Made by a program: the position numbers and the translations under genes
In this document: piece by piece, positions 53,441 to 64,000 of the stretch
Position numbering within the stretch: position 1 is the stretch's first letter
Layout: every line of letters starts with the position of its first letter
The notes under the pieces: model-generated
The model's input: the letters and a program-made list of their open reading frames with translations, nothing else
What the model was told of the DNA's origin: nothing
Databases searched by the model: none
Assembly: GCF_036365525.1 (NCBI RefSeq)
Contig: NC_090374.1
Location: forward strand, 80,434,971-80,498,970
Direction: 5' to 3'
DNA from: Heterodontus francisci
Taxonomy: Eukaryota
Length of the DNA: 64,000 nt

Positions 53441-55658
53441 AACAAGAACAAAGAACAAAGAAAATTACAGCACAGGAACAGGCCCTTCGGCCCTCCAAGC
53501 CTGCGCCGATCCAGATCCTCTATCTAAACCTGTCGCCTATTTTCTAAGGGTCTGTATCTCTTTACTTCCTGCCCATTCATGTATCTGTCTAGAGACATCT
53601 TAAAAGACGCTATCGTGCCCTCGTCTACCACCTCCGCTGGCAACGCGTTCCAGGCACCCACCACCCTCTGCGTAAAGAACTTTCCACGCATATCCCCCCT
53701 AAACTTTTCCCCTCTCACTTTAAACTCGTGACCCCTAGTAATTGAATCCCCCACTCTGGGAAAAAGCTTCTTGCTATCCACCCTGTCTATCAGGTCCCCC
53801 CTCAACCTCCGTCTTTCTAATGAAAATAATCCTAATCTACTCAACCTCTCTTCATAGCTAGCACCCTCCATACCAGGCAACATCCTGGTGAACCTCCTCT
53901 GCACCCTCTCCAAAGCATCTACAGCCTTTTGGTAAAGTGGCGACCAGAACTGCACGCAGTATTCCAAATGTGGCTGAACCAAAGTCTTATACAACTGTAA
54001 CAAGACCTGCAAACTCTTGTACTCAATAACCCGTCCAATGAAGGAAAGCATGCCGTATGCCTTCTTGACCACTCTATTGACCTGCGTTGCCACCTTCAGG
54101 GAACAGTGGACCTGAACACCCAAATCTCTCTGTACATCAATTTTCCCCAGGACTTTTCCATTTATTGTATAGTTCACTCTTGAATTGGATCTTCCAAAAT
54201 GCATCACCTCGCATTTGCCCGGATTGAACTCCATCTGCCATTTCTCTGCCCAACTCTCCAATCTATCTATATTCTGCTGTATTCTCTGACAGTCCCCTTC
54301 ACTATCTGCTACTCCACCAATCTTAGTGCTGTCTGCAAACTTGCTAATCAGACCACCTATACTTTCCTCCAAATCATTTATGTATATCACAAACAACAGT
54401 GGTCCCAGCACGGATCCCTGTGGAACACCACTGGTCACACGTCTCCATTTTGAGAAACTCCCTTCCACTGCTACTCTCTGTCTCCTGTTGCCCAGCCAGT
54501 TCTTTATCCATCTAGCTAGTACACCCTGGACCCCATGCGACTTCACTTTCTCCATCAACCTACCATGGGGAACCTTATCAAACGCCTTACTGAAGTCCAT
54601 GTATATGACATCTACAGCCCTTCCCTCATCAATCAACTTTGTCACTTCCTCAAAGAATTCTATTAAGTTGGTAAGACATGACCTTCCCTGCACAAAACCA
54701 TGTTGCCTATCACTGATAAGCCCATTTTCTTCCAAATGGGAATAGATCCTATCCCTCAGTATCTTCTCCAGCAGCTTCCCTACCACTGACGTCAGGCTCA
54801 CCGGTCTATAATTACCTGGATTATCCCTGCTACCCTTCTTAAGCAAGGGGACAACATTAGCAATTCTCCAGTCCTCCGGGACCTCACCCGTGTTTAAGGA
54901 TGCTGCGAAGATATCTGTTAAGGCCCCAGCTATTTCCTCTCTCGCTTCCCTCAGTAACCTGGGATAGATCCCATCCGGACCTGGGGACTTGTCCACCTTA
55001 ATGCCTTTTAGAATACCCAACACTTCCTCCCTCCTTATGTCGACTTGACCTAGAGTAATCAAACATCTATCCCTAACCTCAACATCCGTCATGTCCCTCT
55101 CCTCGGTGAATACCGATGCAAAGTACTCGTTTAGAATCTCACCCATTTTCTCTGACTCCACGCATAATTTTCCTCCTTTGTCCTTGAGTGGGCCAATCCT
55201 TTCTCTAGTTACCCTCTTGCTCCTTATATATGAATAAAAGGCTTTGGGATCTTCCTTAACCCTGTTTGCTAAAGATATTTCATGACCCCTTTTAGCCCTC
55301 TTAATTCCTCGTTTCAGATTGGTCCTACATTCCCGATATTCTTCCAAAGCTTCGTCTTTCTTCAGCCGCCTAGACCTTATGTATGCTTCCTTTTTCCTCT
55401 TAGCTAGTTTCACAATTTCACCTGTCATCCATGGTTCCCTAATCTTGCCATTTCTATCCCTCATTTTCACAGGAACATGTCTCTCCTGCACGCTAATCAA
55501 CCTCTCTTTAAAAGCCTCCCACATATCAAATGTGGATTTACCTTCAAACAGCTGCTCCCAATCTACATTCCCCAGCTCCTGCCGAATTTTGGTATAGTTG
55601 GCCTTCCCCCAATTTAGCACTCTTCCTTTAGGACCACTCTCGTCTTTGTCCATGAGTC
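53441..55658 (-). mobile_element. Young 5'-truncated CR1 with an uninterrupted 709-aa ORF2 portion (53524-55653)
   Basis: Full RT motifs but no endonuclease domain. Catalytic FADD reads FADS, and a small in-frame deletion lies between GDLI and DRVD. Confidence 0.94.
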
Positions 55659-55855
55659 CAGGATGATAAATGCAACAAAAGGTATGTCAACACACAAGAA
55701 AAGCCCAAACAGGTACATCAGGTCAGCAGAGAGACAGAGTGTCAGGATGACATTGATGAAGAATGTGTACTCAGATGAACAGTGATGAAGCATTCCACAT
55801 AGTTTATTTGCATCAACATGTCAATGCCATTATGCAATTTGAGGCATTTGCTATG

Positions 55856-56160
55856 ATTTTTTTTTATTTGTTTGTGGGATGTGTGCGTCACTGGCAAGGC
55901 CAGCATTTATTGCCCATCTCTAATCGCCCTTGAGAAGGTGGTGGTGAGCTGTCTCCTTGAACCGCTGCAGTCCTTGGGATGTAGGTAAACTAACATTATG
56001 GGCTGGATAGTCTTCTCCCACTGCTATGAGCGGTGACGGGTGAAAAAAATGGCGGCCTGCCCATACGGCAGCCCAGGATAATGAGTCAGTGAGGCCACCC
56101 CCACCCCCCCACCCACCTAATCACGTGGAGGGGGTGGGCTCTCTGTCCCTCCCCTCTAAC
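55856..56160. mobile_element. LINE 3'-tail fragment (minus, ~55856-55990) plus MITE left end (~56000-56160)
   Basis: Matches 25090-25220. GGGCTGGATAG TIR followed by sequence like 50700-50820. Confidence 0.65.
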
Positions 56161-56684
56161 TACAAACATTATGCCATTGTGTCCAGCATTTTCAGACATC
56201 TTTGTGGTCTTAGTAGGGAACATCTTTGGCACTTAACATATCCTGAGAATTTGTTACATTTACCTTGAAGGGAAATGGAGATATTGTAAAATATTTCTGC
56301 CTGTCTTCAGACAAGTTAACTTGATAAATACCTGATGGATTTCAGCCAAATTTGCCAAACTGGTTGAAGAAATCAATATTATACTTGAGTTCAACACTGG
56401 TCATATTCAATCTCACGGTTATAAACTGGCTTTTAAACATTTTTGACAGTGCTAGTTTGGAAGTATTTATTATTGCTCCAATTTAAAAAATACTCCCCAC
56501 TTTTGTGACTAAATATTGTGTGGTGATTTACTGTTACATATAAAGTACTTTGCGTCCTTTGACAAATGACAACTTTATGTGTGCTGGCAGCCATCTTGAA
56601 CTTGAAGGAGACGTTGATGGATTTCCCATAAACTTCTTTTCAGGTTTTACAATGACACTGCCAGAACCACAGTTCAGTACTAAC

Positions 56685-56775
56685 CCTGATATAAAAACAG
56701 AAAGTGCTGGAAATTCTCTGCAGGTCTGGCAGCATCTGTGGAAAGAGAAGCAGAGTTAACGTTTCAGGTCTGTGA
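56685..56775 (-). repeat. Penelope-associated terminal-repeat fragment
   Basis: Reverse-homologous to 60380-60465 (GAAACGTTAACTCTG..CACAGATGCTGCC.GACCTGC..TTTCCAGCA). Confidence 0.6.
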
Positions 56776-57133
56776 CAATGGGTAAGCGCCTAGAGGTGGT
56801 CAGTGGTTTGTGAAGGTATCAGATCCACCGGCCATCCATGTCTCAGCTTTAAATATATCTGCGAACGCGACATGAAGTCCTGTGACATTGATTACAAGTC
56901 GTGGGATTTAGTTGCCAGTGATCGCCAGAGCTGGCGGACAGCCATAAAGGTGGGGCTAAAGAGTGGCAAGTTGAAGAGACTTAGCAGTTGGCAGGAGAAA
57001 AGACAGAAACGCAAGGAGAGAGCCAACTGTGTAACAGCCCCAACAACCAATTTTATCTGCAGCACCTGTGGAAGAGTCTGTCACTCTAGAATTGGCCTTT
57101 ATAGCCACTCCAGGCACTGCTCCACAAACCACT
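56774..57133. mobile_element. RTE LINE 3' end with internal inversion
   Basis: 56774-56811 matches 31874-31911 in the same orientation. 56812-57133 is the adjacent RTE sequence in the opposite orientation (KRDMKSCDID..C..C...C.SRIGLYSH..HC). Confidence 0.8.
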
Positions 57134-57732
57134 AAAGGTATAGCTCAGTTGATAACCAGATGACATGCGAAAAAACAGTTCTAACTACATAGGAATAACA
57201 GGCTTAATAAAGCATCCACCAACACAAGACTGTAATAATAAGGTCCAGAAGCTTACAAATCAGGTTGTCTACTACATAGGCCTAGAAATTCAATGGCAAT
57301 GTCCCTGCTTTTCAGTCACTAGACTGGCGCTTAAGCTTCCAGTATTCTGTCTGGAAGCTTGCATTCATTCCTTACCTGAATCTGGAGCAGGATTGCTCAT
57401 CCTGGCTCCATATTAAAACCATGGCACACTGCCAGGCACCATTCACCTTCCTCACCGTCGATCTACTAGCCCCATCACAACATCGCAAATGTCCTAATGC
57501 CCCAAATTTGTTGGATGGCTGAGTTCAGGGAAAACCAATTTGGTAAAGGAGGCATTAAACCGGCATTGAGCTCCTTATTTGCAGAGACAAAGGGGTTAAT
57601 GGCTGTTTCAGGCATGGGTGCTGGATGCCTTGATACATATTGTGGGCGGCACCCTGCGAAATACACGTATGCAGGCAGCCTGCTACATTTGACGTTTTGG
57701 CACCTATTTTATGCCTGTAATACAGACTCAGG

Positions 57733-58570
57733 GGGCTGAATTTTACCAGCCCCAACGTCAGAGGTCATGGTGGTGGGACTAGAAAATACCTCTGGGAGAA
57801 GCCCGCCATGCGCCTCAATGCCAGGAAGGCACCGCCCCATTTTACCGGTGGCGGCGAGGCCTCGTGGCGCCCCCCTCCCTCCCGCCATTTCGCAATTGAT
57901 CCTTAATTTAAACAGTCAAATAAATGTTAATGAATGAATAATCACTTACCTCTTCCCGACGGCCGTCCCACGCCGATATTCTGATCGTACGCTGGAACTC
58001 CTTCGCCTTTGGATCTCTGTTCAGAGATGCGAGGCATAACACTGATGGGGAGGGGGAGAGGAGTGAAGTTTTCAGGGCAGGGGGGGCGGCTGGTGAGCGG
58101 GGAAAACTGTTCCTATTGGTTTTGGGGATGGTAGGAAGGGGTTGAGGGTCAAAGTTTATGAAGTTTGGGGGGAAAAGTGCGGTATCGCAAAAAATGTATT
58201 TTTGGGGCGAGAGGGCAATTTACATATTGATCACTCGTTATGTGGTGGGCGGTGTGAGAGGGGATTCAAAGTGCAATTAAAACTTTAATTTTATTTTTGT
58301 ACAGCGAGACCTTTAAAATTTAAATCTCACTGAAGGGCTTGAAGCCCTTTAAAAATGGCGGTGGCGCATGCGTTGGGCCACAGGACACCGTTCCAGGGAT
58401 GGAGCGCTTGCCCCGTCTACGTCATCGGGGGCGCGTGTTCTTCCCCCTCCACATAAATGAACTGCTGCACTAAGTATCAACGCGGCTTAGCAGTACACAT
58501 CTCGCGCATGCACTACGCCGTTTTTGAAGCTCGCCACTGAGATCAGCAGCAAGCTTTAAAAATTCAGCCC
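57733..58570. mobile_element. Harbinger-type MITE
   Basis: TIRs GGGCTGAATTTT and AAAATTCAGCCC. TSD AGG. Confidence 0.88.
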
Positions 58571-59034
58571 AGGATTACCGAATTTCTAGGCCTGAGTATC
58601 AGCAACCTAATCTCCATGGAGGGCATCACAGCCAAACTAGATCCCGTTTTCACCTGAGCACTTCCCAACAGGAGTAAATGGATAGCATATAGGTGCAGGA
58701 ACCATGGTTGATTATTCTTCATCCACTCTTTAACCCAATTCTAGAACACCAGGTGTTACCCTGCTGAGATCCACTAATTCAGTAAAGACTGGGAATTAAA
58801 CCTGGCAACAACTGCCCTCTTTGGCTTGTAAATATACTTTGTGATGCTTTTATCCACTAAGAAGTTGGATTTTATTTAGCTTCATAGCCGTTTCTTAAAT
58901 TCTTTCTGCCTAATATTCAGCAGTGATAATACATATAAGATAGTGTAATATAGTGTAAAATGCATGTATTTTGTCAATCTATTTATGTATCTGAGTCCAT
59001 TACACTTCCACTGTTACATTTTGTTAAAAAGGAC

Positions 59035-59375
59035 TAAATTTTATCGAGCATCTTTCATGACCACCTGATGTCCCAAAGTGCTTTTCAGACATTGAAGTAT
59101 CGTCACTGTTGTAATGTTGGATACGTGGCAGCCAATTTGCACACAGCAAGCTCCCACAAACAGCAACGTGATAATGATCAAATAATCTGTTTTTGTGATA
59201 TTGTTTGAGAGATAAATATTGGTCCAGACACCGGGGATAACTCCCCTGTTCTCTGAAGTAGTGCCATGAAATCTTTCACATTCACCTGTGAGGGCAGACA
59301 GTGCCTTGGTTTAAAATCTCATCCAAAAGACAGCACCTCTGACAGTGCAGCACTGAAGTGTCAGCCTAGATTTTT
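59035..59375 (-). mobile_element. Deu-domain SINE (SacSINE1/AmnSINE1-like)
   Basis: Reverse strand has the Deu core AGTGCTGCACTGTCAGAGGTGCTGTCTTTTGGATGAGA..ATGGCACTA..GGGGAGTTATCCCCGGTGTC..CCAATATTTATC and an L2-like tail. Confidence 0.75.
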
Positions 59376-59379
59376 GTGC

Positions 59380-59880
59380 GGCACATGCTCAGCAATAACC
59401 TGCTCATTGATACTCAGTTTGGGTTCTGCCAGGGCCACTCAGCCCCTGACCTCATTACAACCTGGTCCCTTTAAAGACTCCATGAGTTGCCAGCCAATCA
59501 GAGGGGTCACTGGGGCCAGACAAACAGGCCATGGCGAGGGGCGAGGAGTGGGTGTTTAGTGCAGGGGGAGGGAGGTTACGTAGGTGGAGTGTTTTCCAGG
59601 AGCAGCCCTCCATGCCCTCCTTGGGCCACAGATTGTCCACGGAGGGGATCCCCCTCAAGCCTGCAAGAAGGCCGCCTTGTTTTACTGGGCAACCTCCCTG
59701 TATGGAGGAGGCCACCCACACCCCCCTCAGCCCACCCCCACCTCCGCTGGTTAAATTCCAGCCACAGCAGGATGAGGCCCTTAAGCGGCCAGTAATAGGC
59801 CAGTTCAGGGTCTCCAGTGGCCTCTGGGTGGGAAGGCCATCATCGGCCTATCCCATCCCCGACTAAATCCCGGTGTGACA
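59380..59880. mobile_element. Internal fragment of the 37205-type MITE
   Basis: Shares TGCCAGCCAATCAGAGG, GGGCCACA.ATTG.CCA and GGAAGGCC.TCGGCCTATCC with 37395-37750. Confidence 0.62.
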
Positions 59881-60361
59881 GGAACGATTGGTAAAAATGA
59901 GTATGGGCAAAGATTCAGGCACTGGAAATTATAGTTTTGCCAGACTTAGAATCATGTCACCATCATCGTCGAAGTTAGAATGTGAATTCTATCTCTTGCA
60001 CTTGATATGAACGCTGGAGTGCTGGAGTCGATGATATCAATGAGGACCTATCACTTCCAAACACCACACTAATTTATTTTTAATTTACCAGCATACTGTG
60101 GTGATTGTGAAGCTCATGGGAAACTTGTACCAAGCATGGGTTTCCTGTTAAGATTCGTATCAATATAAAACAACATAATTGTGATTTCTTGTTTACACTG
60201 ATGTTAACTTTTTCCATAACAAGTATCTACTGGATGAATTTCATCCATATATATTTTGGCTTTTTTTCTAGAACTGTCTGGAGCTGGACAAAAGAAGTTG
60301 AGTTATTCCCCTTTAAACATGCTATCACCGTTATGATCGGCCACACAATAGAATAAATTAG

Positions 60362-60492
60362 TTCCGACGATAGGTGATCAACCCAAAACGGTTCTGTTTC
60401 TCTCTTCACAGATGCTGCCTGACCTGCTGAATGTTTCCAGCATTTTCTGTTTTTGTTTCAGATTTCCAGCATTTGTAGTGTTTTGCTTTTGA
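60362..60492 (+). repeat. Penelope-associated terminal-repeat fragment with decayed hammerhead-like core
   Basis: CCGACGA-TAGGT..ACCC-AAAAC followed by the same repeat as 56685-56775. Confidence 0.5.
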
Positions 60493-61330
60493 ACAAATTA
60501 GCACCCACTTAATCCAGAATGGTTTCTATACTAACTAAATAATCATCTCTTGTTGATCAAGGCACAAAGCATTTATAAATGCTGGACGATTGACTAATGA
60601 ACTGCCACACTATGTTCACCTAAACCTAAACTATGCTGAGTAAATAAATTAACCTACAGCTTTTCAAGTCAAAGAGCACTTCTTGTGCTGGGTAAAATAG
60701 TCCTATGCCTAGGTCCATACAAGGTATAAAAGGCCCACTGTCCATCCAGCAAAACATTTGTAATACCACATTCATCTGTGTTGTGCTGCAGCAGGCCAAA
60801 CCTCATGGGGATGTGTTTTTATTCAAAGGTAGCAGGGGGATTAAAGCATGTTTGTGCATGGCAATGGGTGGGACTTCAATGTGAAATTAACTCCAGGATC
60901 AGTACTGAACAAGAATTGTAACCTGAAGTGAACAGAATAATTTCAGAGTCAATTTACGACAAGTTACATTTTGGAATTGGCTTGGGCGAGCCTTCTAAAA
61001 TAAATGGTATCATTCATAAAGAGAGGGGAAACTGCCCTTTACATGTATACACTAATATTTTCTGATTCTTGTTCATTTGACACAGCGAGAGCAGGTAACA
61101 AGTGAGAGTTGTCTGGAGATTGAGGCACAGCAGCAAAGTTTCCAGTTTCTATTTTACAAATTTATTGTAGCTGATATTCAGGAGACACCCTGATGGTATC
61201 ATAGTGAATTGCATCTTATTTTTTTGTTAGTGACATTTTATGAGGACATTACGTTCCTCTGTTGGTCGGCCCTTGAGGAGTAGTGTTGAGATGGAATCTG
61301 TAACATGGCAGCAAGCCAGAGTTTTTTTTT

Positions 61331-61641
61331 ATTTAGAGATACAGCACTGAAACAGGCCCTCCAGCCCACTGAGTCTGTGCCGACCAACAACCACCCATTT
61401 ATACTAACCCTACAGTAATCCCATATTCCCTACCACCTACCGACACTAGGGGCAATTTACAATGGCCAATTTACCTATCACCTGCAAGTCTTTGGCTGTG
61501 GGAGGAAACCGGAGCACCCGGCGAAAACCCACACAGTCACAGGGAGAACTTGCAAACTCTGCACAGGCAGTACCCAGAATTGAACCCAGGTCCCTGGAGC
61601 TATGAGGCTGTGGTGCTAACCACTGCACCACTGTGCCACCC
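61331..61641 (-). mobile_element. HE1-type elasmobranch SINE
   Basis: Reverse copy of 49861-50212. Confidence 0.9.
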
Positions 61642-62480
61642 TGTTGAAAAATAAAGTGGTGAGGATGGATGCTTGTTTGGCGTCTTGTTTGATTACCTTT
61701 GGTAATCCGAGGTGTTCACATGCATCTTTCCCCAGGAAATGAAATAGGTGTGGTACGGCTTTTTGATAGGGTTTATTGTAAGTGGTCCTGTCAAAGGAAT
61801 AGGCTTATTGATGGATTGATTGGCTTTTTCTGTAAGGTTTATAATCCTGATTGCGGCCCTAGGATGTGGCATTCAATCTTGCAAATCCAGGAACCTAGGT
61901 AAGAATTGGGATTTATTTACCATTGTCTTCACACTGCTCACTGTCCTTCACCATTTCCTCCCTTAATGTTTACTAGTTTCTTAATTCATTACTGGGCAGG
62001 AGTGCCACAGCTCCCTACAATATCAAGACAGTATAAACTGACAAACATTTAAATCAATTGCTCAAATAATCGGTATCATTTGCTTCTGAAGCCTGTGATA
62101 CCCCAGATCCTGCACAACCATCAGTGAATATCAGATTTTTAACACCCAGCTCCTCCTATCTCCCCACCCCTCGCTAACTGGCTGTTCTATAAAGATGTAA
62201 AGATACTTATCTACCGCCTTGTAACTTTTTCCATAATGTCTCTCTCCACTCTATTCCATAATATCCTTCTAGTTCTGATTATTCTCCTTTTCTCCCTTAC
62301 ACTGCTTACTCTCTCTCTTTCCCTTCAGTTGTGGCACCTTTCTCACTCATCTGTACTTCTATCCCTCTGAGTTGCTTTTGAGTTCTGGCTCCTCTTCACC
62401 CAGGCTCTAGAACTAAGCACACAGTGATTGGGTCAACTTCATTCTTACTGCCACAGCACTTCAGGGATCCAAAATTTCTG

Positions 62481-64000
62481 GGGCTGGATTTTCACTCTCC
62501 CGAAGTTGGGAACGTAGGACGGTGGGGAAGTTGCCAAAAATAACGGTGGCAGTCAGCGTGTCAGTTTCAGGGCACTATTCCTGGTGTGATGCAGCAATGT
62601 TCATCAGGACGAGGGGAGGGCAGACAGGGATCATTCGGAGCCTGTTGGAGGGGGAGTGTGGAATATTTAAAGGGACACCTGGGTTTCAGGAGCTGTCAGT
62701 TTCTGATCAGCTGAATGGAGGTGGGTACAGTGTAGGGAGCCAGTCAAGGCTGCCCCAGGGCATCATCCCAGTCCCATAAGAGGGTCAGCAAGGCAAAGGG
62801 GGACTTGGAATTTGGTAAGGAGGTGCCCTTGCTGCACAGTTGGTGGGGAGTGGACACTCAGTGCTCAGGCAATGAATGGGGTCATCACCCGCTGCTGGCA
62901 TCGTAGGGGCAGAAGAGCAGGGGGCAAGGCTGCCAAAGACAATCGGTCTTCCAACTGTCCAAAAGGGAGACTGCAGCTGGCAATAGGGGCATGACTGTCA
63001 GATTTTGAGCCCAGTGGCAATGAGGGTCAATGCCCTTCATAGGAAAGGTAGAACCCGGGGCATCAGGAGCGCATAGGAGAGGAAAGAGGGGCAGGAAGGC
63101 AACGGAGGTCATACCCTCAATACAGGATCTACCACTGAAGACGGAGCTACCTAGAGATGACCGAGAACAAGTGCCACCGGGAGACTGCGACTCTCTAAGT
63201 GGATGGTCACAGACATCTGTGATCTTGTCGCCGAAGAACTCACACATTGCAGCACTCATTGCCATGCCCTGCCAATAGCCGTGAAAGTCACTGTCGCCTT
63301 GAACTTCTTTGCTTCTGACTCCTTCCAAGGATCAGCTGCAGACCAAGTGGCATCTCGCAAATGGCAGCACACCACTGCTTCTTGTTGGTCAATGTTGCAA
63401 TATTTTCCAGAGCTGGGCAATGCATTCAGCTCACGACAGACACCGCCTTGCAGGGACAGTGGACATTGGGTTTTGCTGCCATTGCTGATTTCCCCAGGTG
63501 CAGGCATCATCGATTGCACCCATGTGGCCATCAAGACAGCCAGTGACCAGCCAGTGAGGCCCATCAACAGGAAGGGCTTCCACTCCCTCAACGTCCAACT
63601 GATCTGCAACCACAACACGAGCTTCCTCCATGTGTGCGCTCACTTTCCTGGCAGCTGCCATGACTCCTTCATCCTCCACCAGTCCAGGCTGCCTCAGATC
63701 TTCACTCCAACCCCAAAGTGCATGGATAAATCCTAGGGGACAAGGAATATCCCTTGAAGAGATGCCTACTGACCCCTCTGCAGGAGTCCCAGATAGGTGT
63801 GATACAACCAATGCCGCCTGCTCAGTTGGACAATCATTGAGCAGGCCATTGAGCTTCTGAAGATGCTCTTCCAGTGCCTGGACCAGACAGTGGGTGTCCT
63901 GCAATAACCTCCTGCAAGAGTCTCTGTTATTGTGGTGGTCTGCTGCACTCTCTATAACATGGCCCTCTAGGGAGGTGTGGACCTTGAGAACGATGAAGCC
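62481..64000 (+). mobile_element. PIF/Harbinger transposon, left TIR plus frameshifted transposase, running off the window
   Basis: TIR GGGCTGGATTTT. ALPIAVKVTVALNFFAS.SFQ, IDCTHVAI, NRKGFHSLNVQLIC, FPGSCHDSFIL. Confidence 0.9.

Larger units (their letters stand above)
49412..55855 (+). mobile_element. Gypsy-like LTR retrotransposon remnant: 5' LTR 49412-49667, PBS-like TGGTGGCA, degenerate gag (~51515-51690, 52913-53440), interrupted four times
   Basis: TGTAA...TTACA LTR with AATAAA followed by TGG. Gag-like EFKLFQQQMEMCF...KLW joins TFLEQQLK..NFRLHRLEL..Q...SIERFV..C..KAQYCDF. Confidence 0.72.

Noticed and set aside
53524-55653. Active or domesticated reverse transcriptase, or retron/DGR-like system
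   Set aside because: Ordinary 5'-truncated CR1 ORF2 with no endonuclease and an altered catalytic motif.
58610-58810. Old tRNA-derived SINE on the minus strand
   Set aside because: Only a degenerate B-box-like end is visible, too decayed to assign.
63203-63960. Domesticated HARBI1 gene
   Set aside because: Frameshifts and stops, multiple diverged copies in the window and an adjacent TIR indicate transposon remnants.
1-64000. Most short ORFs in the supplied track
   Set aside because: They are antisense or alternate frames of TEs, or chance ORFs in GC-rich MITEs, many using non-ATG starts.

Overview
This is eukaryotic, not microbial, DNA. It is a transposon-saturated intronic or intergenic stretch of a cartilaginous fish (shark/elasmobranch), inferred from three HE1-type tRNA-derived SINEs, a SacSINE1/Deu-domain SINE and abundant CR1 (HER1-like) LINEs. 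Most of the window is layered, nested and mostly dead mobile elements: many CR1 LINEs (one nearly intact ORF2, one essentially full-length copy), RTE LINEs, Penelope-like fragments, PIF/Harbinger transposase remnants with a family of TIR/3-bp-TSD MITEs, Gypsy elements (Gmr1/SCAN-like and a second family) with solo LTRs, and a Ty1/Copia remnant. No host gene could be confidently identified; only weak exon candidates were seen. I found no clearly new biological system. The most unusual items are a spacerless tail-to-tail CR1 palindrome, a twin-priming-like RTE inversion, degenerate Penelope-associated hammerhead-like motifs, splice-signal-bearing tandem repeats in a CR1 5' UTR, a vertebrate Copia remnant and deep TE nesting. 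Coordinates were counted by eye: boundaries with a stated TSD are near exact, others approximate. Family names come from motif recognition, not database searches.
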